From Planctomycetota bacterium (lineage in GTDB: Bacteria > Planctomycetota > UBA1135 > UBA2386), in contig OZ245006.1 of assembly GCA_965223545.1 (NCBI GenBank), positions 288,001 to 352,000 of the forward strand: 64,000 bases of DNA, written 5' to 3'. Of the stretch, positions 18,671 to 27,308 are shown one piece after another (positions within the stretch are counted from its first letter, which is position 1; each line of letters opens with the position of its first letter). The translations under genes were made by a program, and so were the position numbers. The notes beneath the pieces were generated by a model, which was given only the letters and a program-made list of their open reading frames with translations, did no database searches and had not been told where the DNA came from.

Positions 18671-18785
18671 TGAGCCCGGAGGCACTGTCTCTCCGAGCCT
18701 CCGGCGCGGCGGCGACGTTGTCATGTCAGCGGCGTCGCCTCGAGAATGTTGTCGAAGCTCGAAGATTCGAGGCGCCGGAGGCTCA
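18671..18785. repeat. ~115-bp palindromic REP/MITE-like element, copy 1
   Basis: Ends TGAGCCCGGAGGC...CCGGAGGCTCA; internal 13-bp stem GAGCCTCCGGCGC/GCGCCGGAGGCTC; homologous to 61399-61516. Confidence 0.75.
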
Positions 18786-19943
18786 CTGGCCCCGCGGCAG
18801 ATCGAGAGTCATCCTCGATGCTGCCATCGCACGGATCCGCTCGTCCATCGGATAGCTGTCTGTCCCGGCGTGCACCACGACCAACTCGTCGAGTGCGAGA
18901 TCATCGAGCGCAACCCGCATCGAGCGTGTGATCCTCGGAGCTACGGTCCGCTTGATCTCGAAGCCGAGCTTCCTCCCCCCGTGTAGGGCCAGGAGATCCA
19001 ACTCCGCGCCTGCGTGGGTCGCCCAGAAATGCACATCCCGCTCATCCAAAGCCAGGAGGTCGCAAATCTGCTGCAGGATGAACCCCTCCCACGAAGCTCC
19101 CACTTTCGGATGACTCTCCAGCGCGTCGATGCCCTCGATTCCGAGTAGGGAATGGAGCAGGCCCGTGTCACGCAAGTAGATCTTGGGTGACTTGACTTGG
19201 CGCTTCTTGACGTTGTCAAACCAAGGCTGCAGCTGCCGCACTACGAGCAACGAAGACAGCACGTCCAGATACCACTTCGCCTGCTTGTTGCTCACATCCA
19301 TCGAGCGCGCGATCTCGGACGCATTCCAGGTCTGACCGTGGTAGTGCGCCAGCATCATCCAGAACCGACGCAGAGTTGGCGCCGGGGCCCTGATGCCGAA
19401 CTGAGGGACGTCACGCTCCAAGAAAGTCGTGATGAAGTCTCGCCGCCACGCCACGCTGGCCGCCGCGCCACGAGCTAGGAAAGAGCGCGGGAAACCGCCG
19501 CGCACCCAGAGCTTGTCCAGATCCCTACCCGCGACCTCGTCGACACCGAATCCGGGCAGCCAGTAGTACGCGACCCTACCGGCAAGCGACTCGGAGGATT
19601 GTTGCAGCAGGTCCGGAGAGGCACTTCCCAGGATCAGGAACCGGGCCGGCTTGCGCGGTCGATCGGCAAGGACTCGGAGGACTGAAAACACCTCGGGCAG
19701 ACGTTGCACCTCGTCGAGAACCACCAGACCCCGCAACCGGCGCAACCCCAACATCGGGTCGGCGAGGCGGGCAAGGTCCGCCGGGTTCTCGAGGTCGAAG
19801 TGGGTCACCTGCCCCCGCCGGCGCTCCGCGACCGCTCTGGCGATCGTCGTCTTGCCAACCTGCCTCGCCCCGAGCACGGCCACTACCGGATTGTCTCGCA
19901 ACCGCCATTCAATGGCGCGCAAGTGCCTGCTCCGGACAATCAT
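18783..19943 (-). CDS. AAA_14 family ATPase with C-terminal DUF4143 domain
   Basis: Walker A GARQVGKT, Walker B LDEVQ, GGFP, SPKIYLRDTGLL, and C-terminal ELDLL...FEIK. Confidence 0.88.
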   Translation of the reverse strand: MIVRSRHLRAIEWRLRDNPVVAVLGARQVGKTTIARAVAERRRGQVTHFDLENPADLARLADPMLGLRRLRGLVVLDEVQRLPEVFSVLRVLADRPRKPARFLILGSASPDLLQQSSESLAGRVAYYWLPGFGVDEVAGRDLDKLWVRGGFPRSFLARGAAASVAWRRDFITTFLERDVPQFGIRAPAPTLRRFWMMLAHYHGQTWNASEIARSMDVSNKQAKWYLDVLSSLLVVRQLQPWFDNVKKRQVKSPKIYLRDTGLLHSLLGIEGIDALESHPKVGASWEGFILQQICDLLALDERDVHFWATHAGAELDLLALHGGRKLGFEIKRTVAPRITRSMRVALDDLALDELVVVHAGTDSYPMDERIRAMAASRMTLDLPRGQ

Positions 19944-19944
19944 C

Positions 19945-19985
19945 AACCTTGAAAATTAGCCCTGTATCGACCAATTTTCCAGGTT
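19945..19985. promoter_or_regulatory. 13-bp imperfect inverted repeat directly upstream of the ATPase start (operator-like)
   Basis: AACCTTGAAAATT (19945-19957) and AATTTTCCAGGTT (19973-19985) are complementary at 12/13 positions with a 15-bp spacer, and are AT-rich in a GC-rich background. Confidence 0.5.
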
Positions 19986-20005
19986 CGCCCTTCGGGGGCT
20001 GCAGG

Positions 20006-20036
20006 CGCCGGTCACTCCTCTTCGATGCGGTAGAGG
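20006..20036. repeat. 31-bp direct repeat, copy 2
   Basis: Identical to 18601-18631. Contains the last codons (LYRIEEE) and stop of the PQQ-like gene. Confidence 0.95.
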
Positions 20037-21256
20037 TGGGTCTTGGTGCGCACCAAGAGCGCGCTGTCGTGCACTGCCGGAGACGCCATGCAGCCGGCGT
20101 CGAGCGTGTTGCGCGCGAGTTCGACGTACTCGTCCGCCGGCTCGATCACCACCGCGCCACCGTCTCGATCGAAGTAGTAGACCCGGCCCGGGGCCGCCAG
20201 TAGCGACGCGCAGTGCGGCGCCCCGAGGCGCTGGTACCACAGCCGTTCTCCCGTCTCGGCGTCGACGCAGCTGGCGATGCCCGAGTCGCTGACCTGGAAG
20301 ATCCGCCCGTCGACGAACACCGGCGAAGGCATCGTGGGAACGCTGCGCCGCGCGCGCCAAACGACGTTGGCCTCGGTCACGTCACCCTGTCCCTCCGGGC
20401 GGACGGCCCAGAGCTCCGGCCGCATGAAGCCGGTGTTGAGGAACAGCAGCCCATCGCCGGTGATCGGCCGCGACGACATCGAGAAACCGGGATGCTGCAC
20501 CTTCCACAGCTCCTCGCCCGTTTCCGGATCGTATGCCACCGTCGCGCGCGCGCCGCTACTGATCACCCGCAGCTCATCGCCGACCGTGATCCCCAGCGGA
20601 GTGCTGTAGGCCTTGCGCAAGTCGGGTGGCAGCGAGCCGAAGTCCACCGACCGATCGCGCCGCCACAGGGTCTCGCCGGTGGCCGGATCCAGCGCAACCA
20701 CGTACTGGACGTCACCGCCGTCCATGTGCAGCACGAGCCGACCGGCGATCAGCGCGGGCGAGGACCCGGGTCCTTCCATGTGATCGCAGTGCAAATCGCG
20801 GCGCTGCCACACGACTTCGCCGCTGTCGCCATCCAGGCACGCGGTGCCGTAGGTGCCGAAGTGCAGGAACACGCGGGCGCCATCCGTCACCGGTGACGGC
20901 GACGCGTAGCTGTTCAGCGCGTTCTTCGGCTCCGGGTCGTCGATCGTGAACACCTGTCGCTCGACCGCCAGCGCGCCATCCTGCAGATCCACGGCCAACG
21001 CCCACAACGCCCGGCCGCCGTCGGTGGCGGTGGTCATCCACGCCCGGTCCCCGGCGATCACCGGCGACGACCAACCCTCGCCGGGCAGCGGAGTCTTCCA
21101 GCGCACGTTGCGCTCTTCACTCCAATGCAGCGGCAGCGTGGCGCCGGTGTGCCCCTGGCGCGAGGGACCGCGGAAATCCTCCCAAAGGGGCTCCTGCGCC
21201 ACGGCTGTTGCGGCCAAGAGCAACGGCCACGGGCCGATCCGAGCGGGCGCGATCAC
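20012..21256 (-). CDS. PQQ-binding-like beta-propeller (BamB-like) secreted protein
   Basis: Signal-like N terminus, WEDFRGP, NVRWKTPLPGEGWSSP, repeated GExxW propeller motifs. Start position uncertain. Confidence 0.85.
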   Translation of the reverse strand: MIAPARIGPWPLLLAATAVAQEPLWEDFRGPSRQGHTGATLPLHWSEERNVRWKTPLPGEGWSSPVIAGDRAWMTTATDGGRALWALAVDLQDGALAVERQVFTIDDPEPKNALNSYASPSPVTDGARVFLHFGTYGTACLDGDSGEVVWQRRDLHCDHMEGPGSSPALIAGRLVLHMDGGDVQYVVALDPATGETLWRRDRSVDFGSLPPDLRKAYSTPLGITVGDELRVISSGARATVAYDPETGEELWKVQHPGFSMSSRPITGDGLLFLNTGFMRPELWAVRPEGQGDVTEANVVWRARRSVPTMPSPVFVDGRIFQVSDSGIASCVDAETGERLWYQRLGAPHCASLLAAPGRVYYFDRDGGAVVIEPADEYVELARNTLDAGCMASPAVHDSALLVRTKTHLYRIEEE

Positions 21257-21397
21257 CGCGGCATCGTAGACCGGCAGCCGGTGCACTGCCAGGTCGCGAG
21301 GGCGCGCCCTTTGCAAACACGGCGATCGGCACCGCCGAACACCTCCGTCTACGATCGATCCCATCGGAAGGCACCACCCCCATCCCAAGGAGAACAG

Positions 21398-22219
21398 ATG
21401 AAGGCCCTCGCACTCGCCCTCACCGCCACCACCATCAGCGGAGTCGCGCTCAACTCGGTCCTGTTGTTGGACGGCGTCAACGACACCGCCGAAATCGCCG
21501 ACAGCCCGTCCCTGAGCGGTCTGCAACAGATCACCGTGGAGGCGTGGTTCCGTCCAAGCTCCACCGCCGGCTCGAGCAACGGCATCGAGCTCATCGTCGG
21601 CCAGTTCAGCAGCCTGCTGGGACAACTCCCGTACCACATCTCCTACCATCGCACGATCCAGCGCGTGCGGGTCGCCATCAACGAGGCTGTCGGCGGGACC
21701 TTCTTCGATGGCGTCATCCCGATCGTGGAAGACACCTGGACCCACGCCGCGTTCACCTACGACGGCGCGGCCGTGCGCCTCTACGTCAACGGTCAGCTCG
21801 ACACCGATCGGCGCAGCTCCAGCGGCCCGGTGGACGAGTCCACCGTCCCCGTGCGCATCGGTGCGCAGGCGGGTTCCACGACCAACCACTTCGCCGGCAT
21901 GATCGACGAAGCACGCATCTGGAACGTCGCCCGCACGCAGGCCGAGATCCAGGGCGGCATGCGGGGCATCCCCAGGCACCGGGCGCCGGGACTCGTCGGC
22001 AACTGGTCGATGAGTAGCAGCGATCTGGCCGGCCAAACGCCCGATCTCAGCGGCTCCGGCAACCACGCAACCCTGCTCGATACGGCGACGATCATCGTTC
22101 CGGACGACCAGCCCAACGTCGTGGGCACGGCCCGCGCGCCGGTGGCACCCGGGTGGCCCGCGCTGCCGCCGCTCGCCCGACTGCTGCCAACCGGCGCGGG
22201 CGACTCCACCTCCAACTGA
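21398..22219 (+). CDS. Secreted LamG/concanavalin A-like jelly-roll protein
   Basis: AAGGAG RBS, signal peptide, ITVEAW, WTHAAFTYDG...LYVNG, FAGMIDEARIWNVART. Confidence 0.85.
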   Translation: MKALALALTATTISGVALNSVLLLDGVNDTAEIADSPSLSGLQQITVEAWFRPSSTAGSSNGIELIVGQFSSLLGQLPYHISYHRTIQRVRVAINEAVGGTFFDGVIPIVEDTWTHAAFTYDGAAVRLYVNGQLDTDRRSSSGPVDESTVPVRIGAQAGSTTNHFAGMIDEARIWNVARTQAEIQGGMRGIPRHRAPGLVGNWSMSSSDLAGQTPDLSGSGNHATLLDTATIIVPDDQPNVVGTARAPVAPGWPALPPLARLLPTGAGDSTSN

Positions 22220-22255
22220 TGGCGAGCGCCCGTGGCGGGACCGCCCGCCGATGGG

Positions 22256-23332
22256 CTACCAGGTCGCCAGCAGGGTGACGCCGTACATCCACAGCAGGAG
22301 CGACAGCCGGGCACGCACGCCGCCGAAACGGAACGCCAGCGGAAACGCGCAGCGCAACACCGGCACGTAGCAGGCGGTGAACGCGATCGCGAAGACCGCC
22401 ACCCACGCCGCGCCAGGCCGCGCCCAGCCGATCCACCAGGCGCCGACCGGCAGCAGGCTGAGCAGCCAGCAGTAGCCGAGCAGCGCGCGCTTGGCCGACT
22501 CGAAGCCGATGCTGCGCACCAGACTGCGGCGGCCGACGACGGCGTCGTCCGGCAGCCGCGCCAGGTCGCGCAGATGCCGCTGCACCGCGCCGGCCAGCGC
22601 GCCGATCAGGCCCGCCGCCAGCCACGCCGGATGCGCCGGGCCACCGCCGAGCGAGCCGCCGACCGCGGCCAACACCGGACCGAAGATCGCGTACAGCGCC
22701 AGGTCGCCGAGCCGCCGCCACTTCATGCGCAACGGCGGCGCCACGTACTGCCACGCAGCGAGCGCCCCGAGCGCACACAACGCCACCAGCTCCCAGCGCT
22801 GGTGCGCAATCGCCGCCGCGTGCCAAACGGCAACGCCGACCAACGCCATGACCACGGCGCAGCGCACCAGCGCGCGCGGCGCCGGCAGCGCCGCCGCGGC
22901 CTCGCGGCCGCCACCGGTGCGCGCCCCGGGCACGGTGATCTCCGCGCGTTCGTGCGCTTCGCTCAGCAGGTTGGCGGCGCTGTGTAGCAGCACCACACCG
23001 ACCACCACCGCCAGGGCGAGCGAGAACGGCGCCGGCCCGCCGATGCGCAAACCCAGCAGCAGCGGCAGCAGGCTCGCGACCAGCGTCTCGAGACGGCAAG
23101 CCGCCAGCACGCGCAGCGCGCGCGCCAGCAGCCCCGGGGCGACGCCGGCGGCCTCGGTGTAGCGCACCACCACCAGATCGTCGGTGCCGAGTGCGGCGGC
23201 GAGCTTGGACCGGCGCGCCCCACCCGCCGGATCGGTGACCGAGGCGATGTAGTCGACGCCATCGATCCGCACCCGCGGCGACCAGCGCAGCGCGCGCACC
23301 CGCGCGCTGCCTCGCGCCGCGGTTTCGATCAC
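22256..23332 (-). CDS. UbiA/MenA-like membrane prenyltransferase with diverged motifs
   Basis: Multiple transmembrane segments; YVAPPLRMKWRRLGD; RDLARLPDDAVVGRRSL resembles the second Asp-rich motif. Coupled to the polyprenyl synthase by a GTGA overlap. Confidence 0.65.
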   Translation of the reverse strand: MIETAARGSARVRALRWSPRVRIDGVDYIASVTDPAGGARRSKLAAALGTDDLVVVRYTEAAGVAPGLLARALRVLAACRLETLVASLLPLLLGLRIGGPAPFSLALAVVVGVVLLHSAANLLSEAHERAEITVPGARTGGGREAAAALPAPRALVRCAVVMALVGVAVWHAAAIAHQRWELVALCALGALAAWQYVAPPLRMKWRRLGDLALYAIFGPVLAAVGGSLGGGPAHPAWLAAGLIGALAGAVQRHLRDLARLPDDAVVGRRSLVRSIGFESAKRALLGYCWLLSLLPVGAWWIGWARPGAAWVAVFAIAFTACYVPVLRCAFPLAFRFGGVRARLSLLLWMYGVTLLATW

Positions 23333-24378
23333 CGAGAGCGCCCCAGAAGCCGCCGCTGCAGGTCGACGAACAACCGGCCGAGGTCGTTGTCAGGCAGCTG
23401 CTCGGCATGCCGTTCGGCCAGCGCGACGTAGTCGCCCGCCAGCGCGCGGACGTCGGCAACCGCCGCCGCCAACTCGGCAGCCGAGAACAACGCGCCGCAT
23501 AGCTGCCGGCTGCGCTCCGCGGAGCGCGGCGCCGGTGAGGCAAAGTAGTCCTGCAGCCTGGGCGCCGCCTGCGGCACCCGCCGCACCAGCGCGGCGGTGA
23601 CCGCATTGGTCCGCGCCTCCTGCCAATCGCCGAAGGCCGGCTTGCCGCTGTCCGCAGCCTCAAAGTCGAGCACGTCGTCGGTCAGCTGGAACGCGACCCC
23701 GACCGTGCGCCCCATCGACGCATAGCTCCGGCGCGCGTCTTCTCCCAGCCCGGCCAGGTGCGCCGGCAACCACGTGCACAGCGACAACAACGCCGCCGTC
23801 TTCAGCTCGGCGACCTCGATGCAGGTCTCGACCGAGCCGTGGACCTCCCCCTGCAGCTCGTACTGCAGCACTTCGCCCGCGACCAAATCCTGCACTGCCC
23901 GCGCCACCCCGCGGATCGTCGCCACGTCGCCCAGCTCCGCGACGCGGTCCATCACGTCGGCCAACAGCGCGTCGCCAGCGAGCACCGGGATGCGGTTGTC
24001 GTAGCTCGCATTGGCGCTGGGTAGATGACGCCGGCGGTCGGCGCGGTCGATGACGTCATCGTGCAGGAGGCTGGCGGCGTGGATCATCTCCACCACGGTC
24101 GCGTAGCTGGCGAGCCGCGCGCCGGGGACGTCGAGCGCGCGGCCGAGGAGCCAAACCATCATCGGCCGCACCAGCTTGCCCTTCGAACGCAGCAAATGGC
24201 GCTTCGCTCCGCCCAAGCGCGGCACCAGCGCGTGCACCGGCTCCGCCTCGAGCTCGGCGAGCAACTGTTGCACGGAGGCGACGACCTGATCCCGGTGCGC
24301 ATACAGAATGCGGGCGCGCGCCGGCTTCGACCGCCGACTCGACTCTGGCACCTCCTGCTGCGGATCGATTTGGGTCAC
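23329..24378 (-). CDS. Polyprenyl diphosphate synthase (long-chain type)
   Basis: GKLVRP, first Asp-rich motif ASLLHDDVID..RR, KT motif, second motif FQLTDDVLD. Start uncertain. Confidence 0.88.
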   Translation of the reverse strand: MTQIDPQQEVPESSRRSKPARARILYAHRDQVVASVQQLLAELEAEPVHALVPRLGGAKRHLLRSKGKLVRPMMVWLLGRALDVPGARLASYATVVEMIHAASLLHDDVIDRADRRRHLPSANASYDNRIPVLAGDALLADVMDRVAELGDVATIRGVARAVQDLVAGEVLQYELQGEVHGSVETCIEVAELKTAALLSLCTWLPAHLAGLGEDARRSYASMGRTVGVAFQLTDDVLDFEAADSGKPAFGDWQEARTNAVTAALVRRVPQAAPRLQDYFASPAPRSAERSRQLCGALFSAAELAAAVADVRALAGDYVALAERHAEQLPDNDLGRLFVDLQRRLLGRSR

Positions 24379-24480
24379 GGACAAGAGCCACGATATCCAG
24401 CCGCGCCAGGCCAGGACAAACGCGTTTCCACCCGACCGGCGGGCGCCCGCCCATGCCAGCGGAACTATCATCGCGGGCCG

Positions 24481-25650
24481 ATGCCCGCCGCCGAGTCCGC
24501 ACCCCGACCCCCCGACACCCCGGCCGCCGGACCGGCCGATCGCCACCCGCGACGGACGTGGTTTCGCCGCCATCCGCGCCTCGCCGGCGCCGCGGTGCTG
24601 ATCGCGGGCACCGTGCTCCTCGACGTCGCGACCGCGAACATTCTTCGCGCCTGCGGTGTGCGTTGGGGCGAGGCCCCCGACGCCCAGTACCGGGTCGAGC
24701 ATCCCGTCTACCACCACGGCCTGCGCCCCAACGTGACCGTCGAGCGCGCCCGCTGGGGGGCCCACCACTATTCGGTGTTCACCAACTCCCTGGGATTCCG
24801 CGACCGCGAGGTCCGCCAGGTCGCGCTGCGGACCGACAGCGATCGCGTGCTCTTGATCGGCGACTCGTTCACCGAGGGCATCGGCCTCGACTACGACGTG
24901 ACCTTCGCCGGCCTGCTGCAGGAGCGCTTGCGCCCCCGCGGCATCGACGTGCTCAACGCCGCTGCGGTCAGCTACGCGCCCGTGATCTACGAGCGCAAGG
25001 TGCGCCACTTGCTGGATACCCAGGACTTGCAGGTCAGCGACGTCGTGGTCTGCCTCGACATCTCGGACATCCAGGACGAAGCCGAGTACTACCGCGAGGC
25101 GACCGACGGCACGCTGGTCACCGACAAGCACAACCCGATCTCCGAGGCCTACAAGCGCTTCATCGCGAACCACACGATCGCGCTCAAGACGATCGCCGCC
25201 TGGGTCAGAGCGCTGCGCCAGCGCAACGACGAAGCGATGGGTGTGACCGCGGCCACGGGGGTGTGGCGCGCGCAGTGGACCTTCGACGATCGCGCGTTCG
25301 AGCAGTACGGCCGCCGCGGGCTCGAGCTTGCCACCGCGCACATGGATGCCCTCGCGGCTCTGCTCGAAGCGCGCGGCATACGCCTGATGGTCGCGGTCTA
25401 CCCGTGGCCGGATCAGCTCATCGCCGACACCGCCGACTCGCGCCAGGTACGCCACTGGCGAGACTGGTGTGCGCAGCACGGTGCGACTTTCGTCGACTGC
25501 TTCGCGCCGTTCTTCCTCGCGGACCCGGACGCGGAGGCGGTCATCGAACGCCACTTCATTCCGGGCGATACGCACTGGAACGTGCACGGGCACGCGCTGG
25601 TCGCGAAGGAGATCGGCACGGCTTTGGCGCGCGTGCTCGGCGGGCACTGA
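24481..25650 (+). CDS. Membrane-anchored SGNH/GDSL-family hydrolase/acyltransferase
   Basis: N-terminal TM segment, NSLGFRD, IGDSFTEG, and GDTHWNVHGH. Confidence 0.8.
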   Translation: MPAAESAPRPPDTPAAGPADRHPRRTWFRRHPRLAGAAVLIAGTVLLDVATANILRACGVRWGEAPDAQYRVEHPVYHHGLRPNVTVERARWGAHHYSVFTNSLGFRDREVRQVALRTDSDRVLLIGDSFTEGIGLDYDVTFAGLLQERLRPRGIDVLNAAAVSYAPVIYERKVRHLLDTQDLQVSDVVVCLDISDIQDEAEYYREATDGTLVTDKHNPISEAYKRFIANHTIALKTIAAWVRALRQRNDEAMGVTAATGVWRAQWTFDDRAFEQYGRRGLELATAHMDALAALLEARGIRLMVAVYPWPDQLIADTADSRQVRHWRDWCAQHGATFVDCFAPFFLADPDAEAVIERHFIPGDTHWNVHGHALVAKEIGTALARVLGGH

Positions 25651-25695
25651 GGCGGCGGTCCTTCGGTATCCTCGTTCAGCGGAGAGAGCCTGTCT

Positions 25696-25872
25696 TCAAT
25701 CGGCCCGCGGCGGCCAGGCGGCGACGAACCAGGCCACGGTCGCGGCCAGCGCCACCCCGGCCACCTGCGATCGGGTCAGGACACCGGCGAACGCCAAGCA
25801 CGCCGGAGCCAGGATGCCGGCCACCAGCGCGCCGTAGCCGATCGCCGCGCGCACTCGCGCACCCCCACTCAC
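25696..25872 (-). CDS. Small (58 aa) two-helix membrane protein
   Basis: GTG overlaps the permease stop (GTGA); product ...IGYGALVAGILAPACLAFAG...VAGVALAATVAWFVAAW is hydrophobic. Confidence 0.55.
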   Translation of the reverse strand: MSGGARVRAAIGYGALVAGILAPACLAFAGVLTRSQVAGVALAATVAWFVAAWPPRAD

Positions 25873-27299
25873 GCCGGCCTCCGGACGCGCGGCGCCACCA
25901 CTGCGTATAGCACCCCACACGCGAGCCACGCCGGCAACGTCGTGAAGGAGGGGAACACTCCGGCACGCCAGGCCACCGCAGCTCCCGCCACGGGGAGCAG
26001 CCAGGCGACGAGCACCGCGCCGTTGACAGCGCGGCCGCGTGCCAGCGCCCACTCGGGCTGCAGCGACAAGCGCCGCGCGAGCAGGCGGTCGACGACGATG
26101 ACCGCGCCGACCGGGGCCAGGATCGTGCCGTAGATGCCGACGAAGCCGAGCAGCTGCATGGCGAAGGCCGGGAACAGGCCGGCGACCGTCGCCAAGCCAC
26201 CGGCGAGCAGGGTGACCGCGGTGCGCGACGAGCGCGGCGCCACGGCTTGGAAGGCCAAGCCCGCGCGGTAGATCGTCGGGTTGGCCGTGGTCCAGCCGGC
26301 CACGAGCACGCACAGCACCCCGACAAGGCCGAGCGCGTCGTAAGCCATCGGTCCCGGCAAGACCGCCGGTGCGACGCCGTTGGCCAGCTGGGCCTGCGCC
26401 GCCGGCGTGCGCAGCTGCACCGCGTACAGGAGCGCCGCCGCGATCCAGGCCATGTAGTGGCCGATGAACATGCCCGCTGCCGAGGCCCAGCCGGCGCGCG
26501 GGCTGCGCGCGTAGCGGAGCACCGACAGATCGGCCATGCCGATGTGCATGGCGGCGTTGCAGAACCACGCGAAGAACACGACGTGCCAGAAGCCGAAGTG
26601 CGTCTGGCCGGGGAGCGGTGCGCCACCCGGCCAGATCTCGGTGCTCGCGACGTGCCAGAAGTCGGCCGGCGATTGCACTCCCAACCGCGGCAGGGCGACC
26701 AGACCACAGGCCAAGAACACCACCACCATCCACGGCGCGGCGACGTTGGCAAACCGCGACACCGCTGCGTAGCCGCGCGCGGCGACCACCGAGATCACCG
26801 CGCCGACGCCGACCACAACCGCGACCCAGGCAGCACCGGTGGGCATCCAGGTGTCCAGGCCCGGCATCGGCATGTCGAACGGGATGCCGACCGCAGTCGC
26901 CGACACCGTGATCATCGCCCCGGCCAAAAAGCAGAACAGCACGCCGTTGGCGAGGTTGTAGAGCACGACCAGCCGGCGGCCGCAGATTCGCTCCAGCTGG
27001 TAGTAGAGCGTCAACCGCGAGCGCGTCGCGATCTCCGCGCAGAGGAAGCGCCAGCACAGCACCGCCAGCAGGTTGCCCAGCAACAGGCCGGCGAAGAGAT
27101 CGACCGCGCTGACCCCGGCGGCGAGGAACAGCGGACCGATCATGAACTCGGTGCCGGCGGCGTGCTCGCCGGCGTACATCCCCCAAAACCAACGCGGTCC
27201 CTTGCGCGCTGCGGCTGGAACCGGCCGGCGCTCGAACTCGTCGCCGGCTGCCACCGGCTCTGCGGAGGTGGCGGGGGCCGCGTTCTCCGGGGCATCCAT
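25869..27299 (-). CDS. Purine/cytosine permease-like (NCS1/APC) transporter
   Basis: About 12 hydrophobic segments; YAGEHAAGTEF and AGWTTANPTIY motifs. Confidence 0.75.
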   Translation of the reverse strand: MDAPENAAPATSAEPVAAGDEFERRPVPAAARKGPRWFWGMYAGEHAAGTEFMIGPLFLAAGVSAVDLFAGLLLGNLLAVLCWRFLCAEIATRSRLTLYYQLERICGRRLVVLYNLANGVLFCFLAGAMITVSATAVGIPFDMPMPGLDTWMPTGAAWVAVVVGVGAVISVVAARGYAAVSRFANVAAPWMVVVFLACGLVALPRLGVQSPADFWHVASTEIWPGGAPLPGQTHFGFWHVVFFAWFCNAAMHIGMADLSVLRYARSPRAGWASAAGMFIGHYMAWIAAALLYAVQLRTPAAQAQLANGVAPAVLPGPMAYDALGLVGVLCVLVAGWTTANPTIYRAGLAFQAVAPRSSRTAVTLLAGGLATVAGLFPAFAMQLLGFVGIYGTILAPVGAVIVVDRLLARRLSLQPEWALARGRAVNGAVLVAWLLPVAGAAVAWRAGVFPSFTTLPAWLACGVLYAVVAPRVRRPA

Positions 27300-27308
27300 T
27301 GGAGAAGG

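Larger units (their letters stand above)
18601..20036. mobile_element. Putative integrated single-gene cassette bounded by 31-bp direct repeats
   Basis: Perfect direct repeats enclose one ATPase gene that has visibly more A/T-rich codons than its flanks. No recombinase is present. Confidence 0.55.

Noticed and set aside
18671..18785. Integron attC interpretation of the palindromic element
   Set aside because: It lacks RYYYAAC/GTTRRRY ends, and there is no integrase or cassette array.
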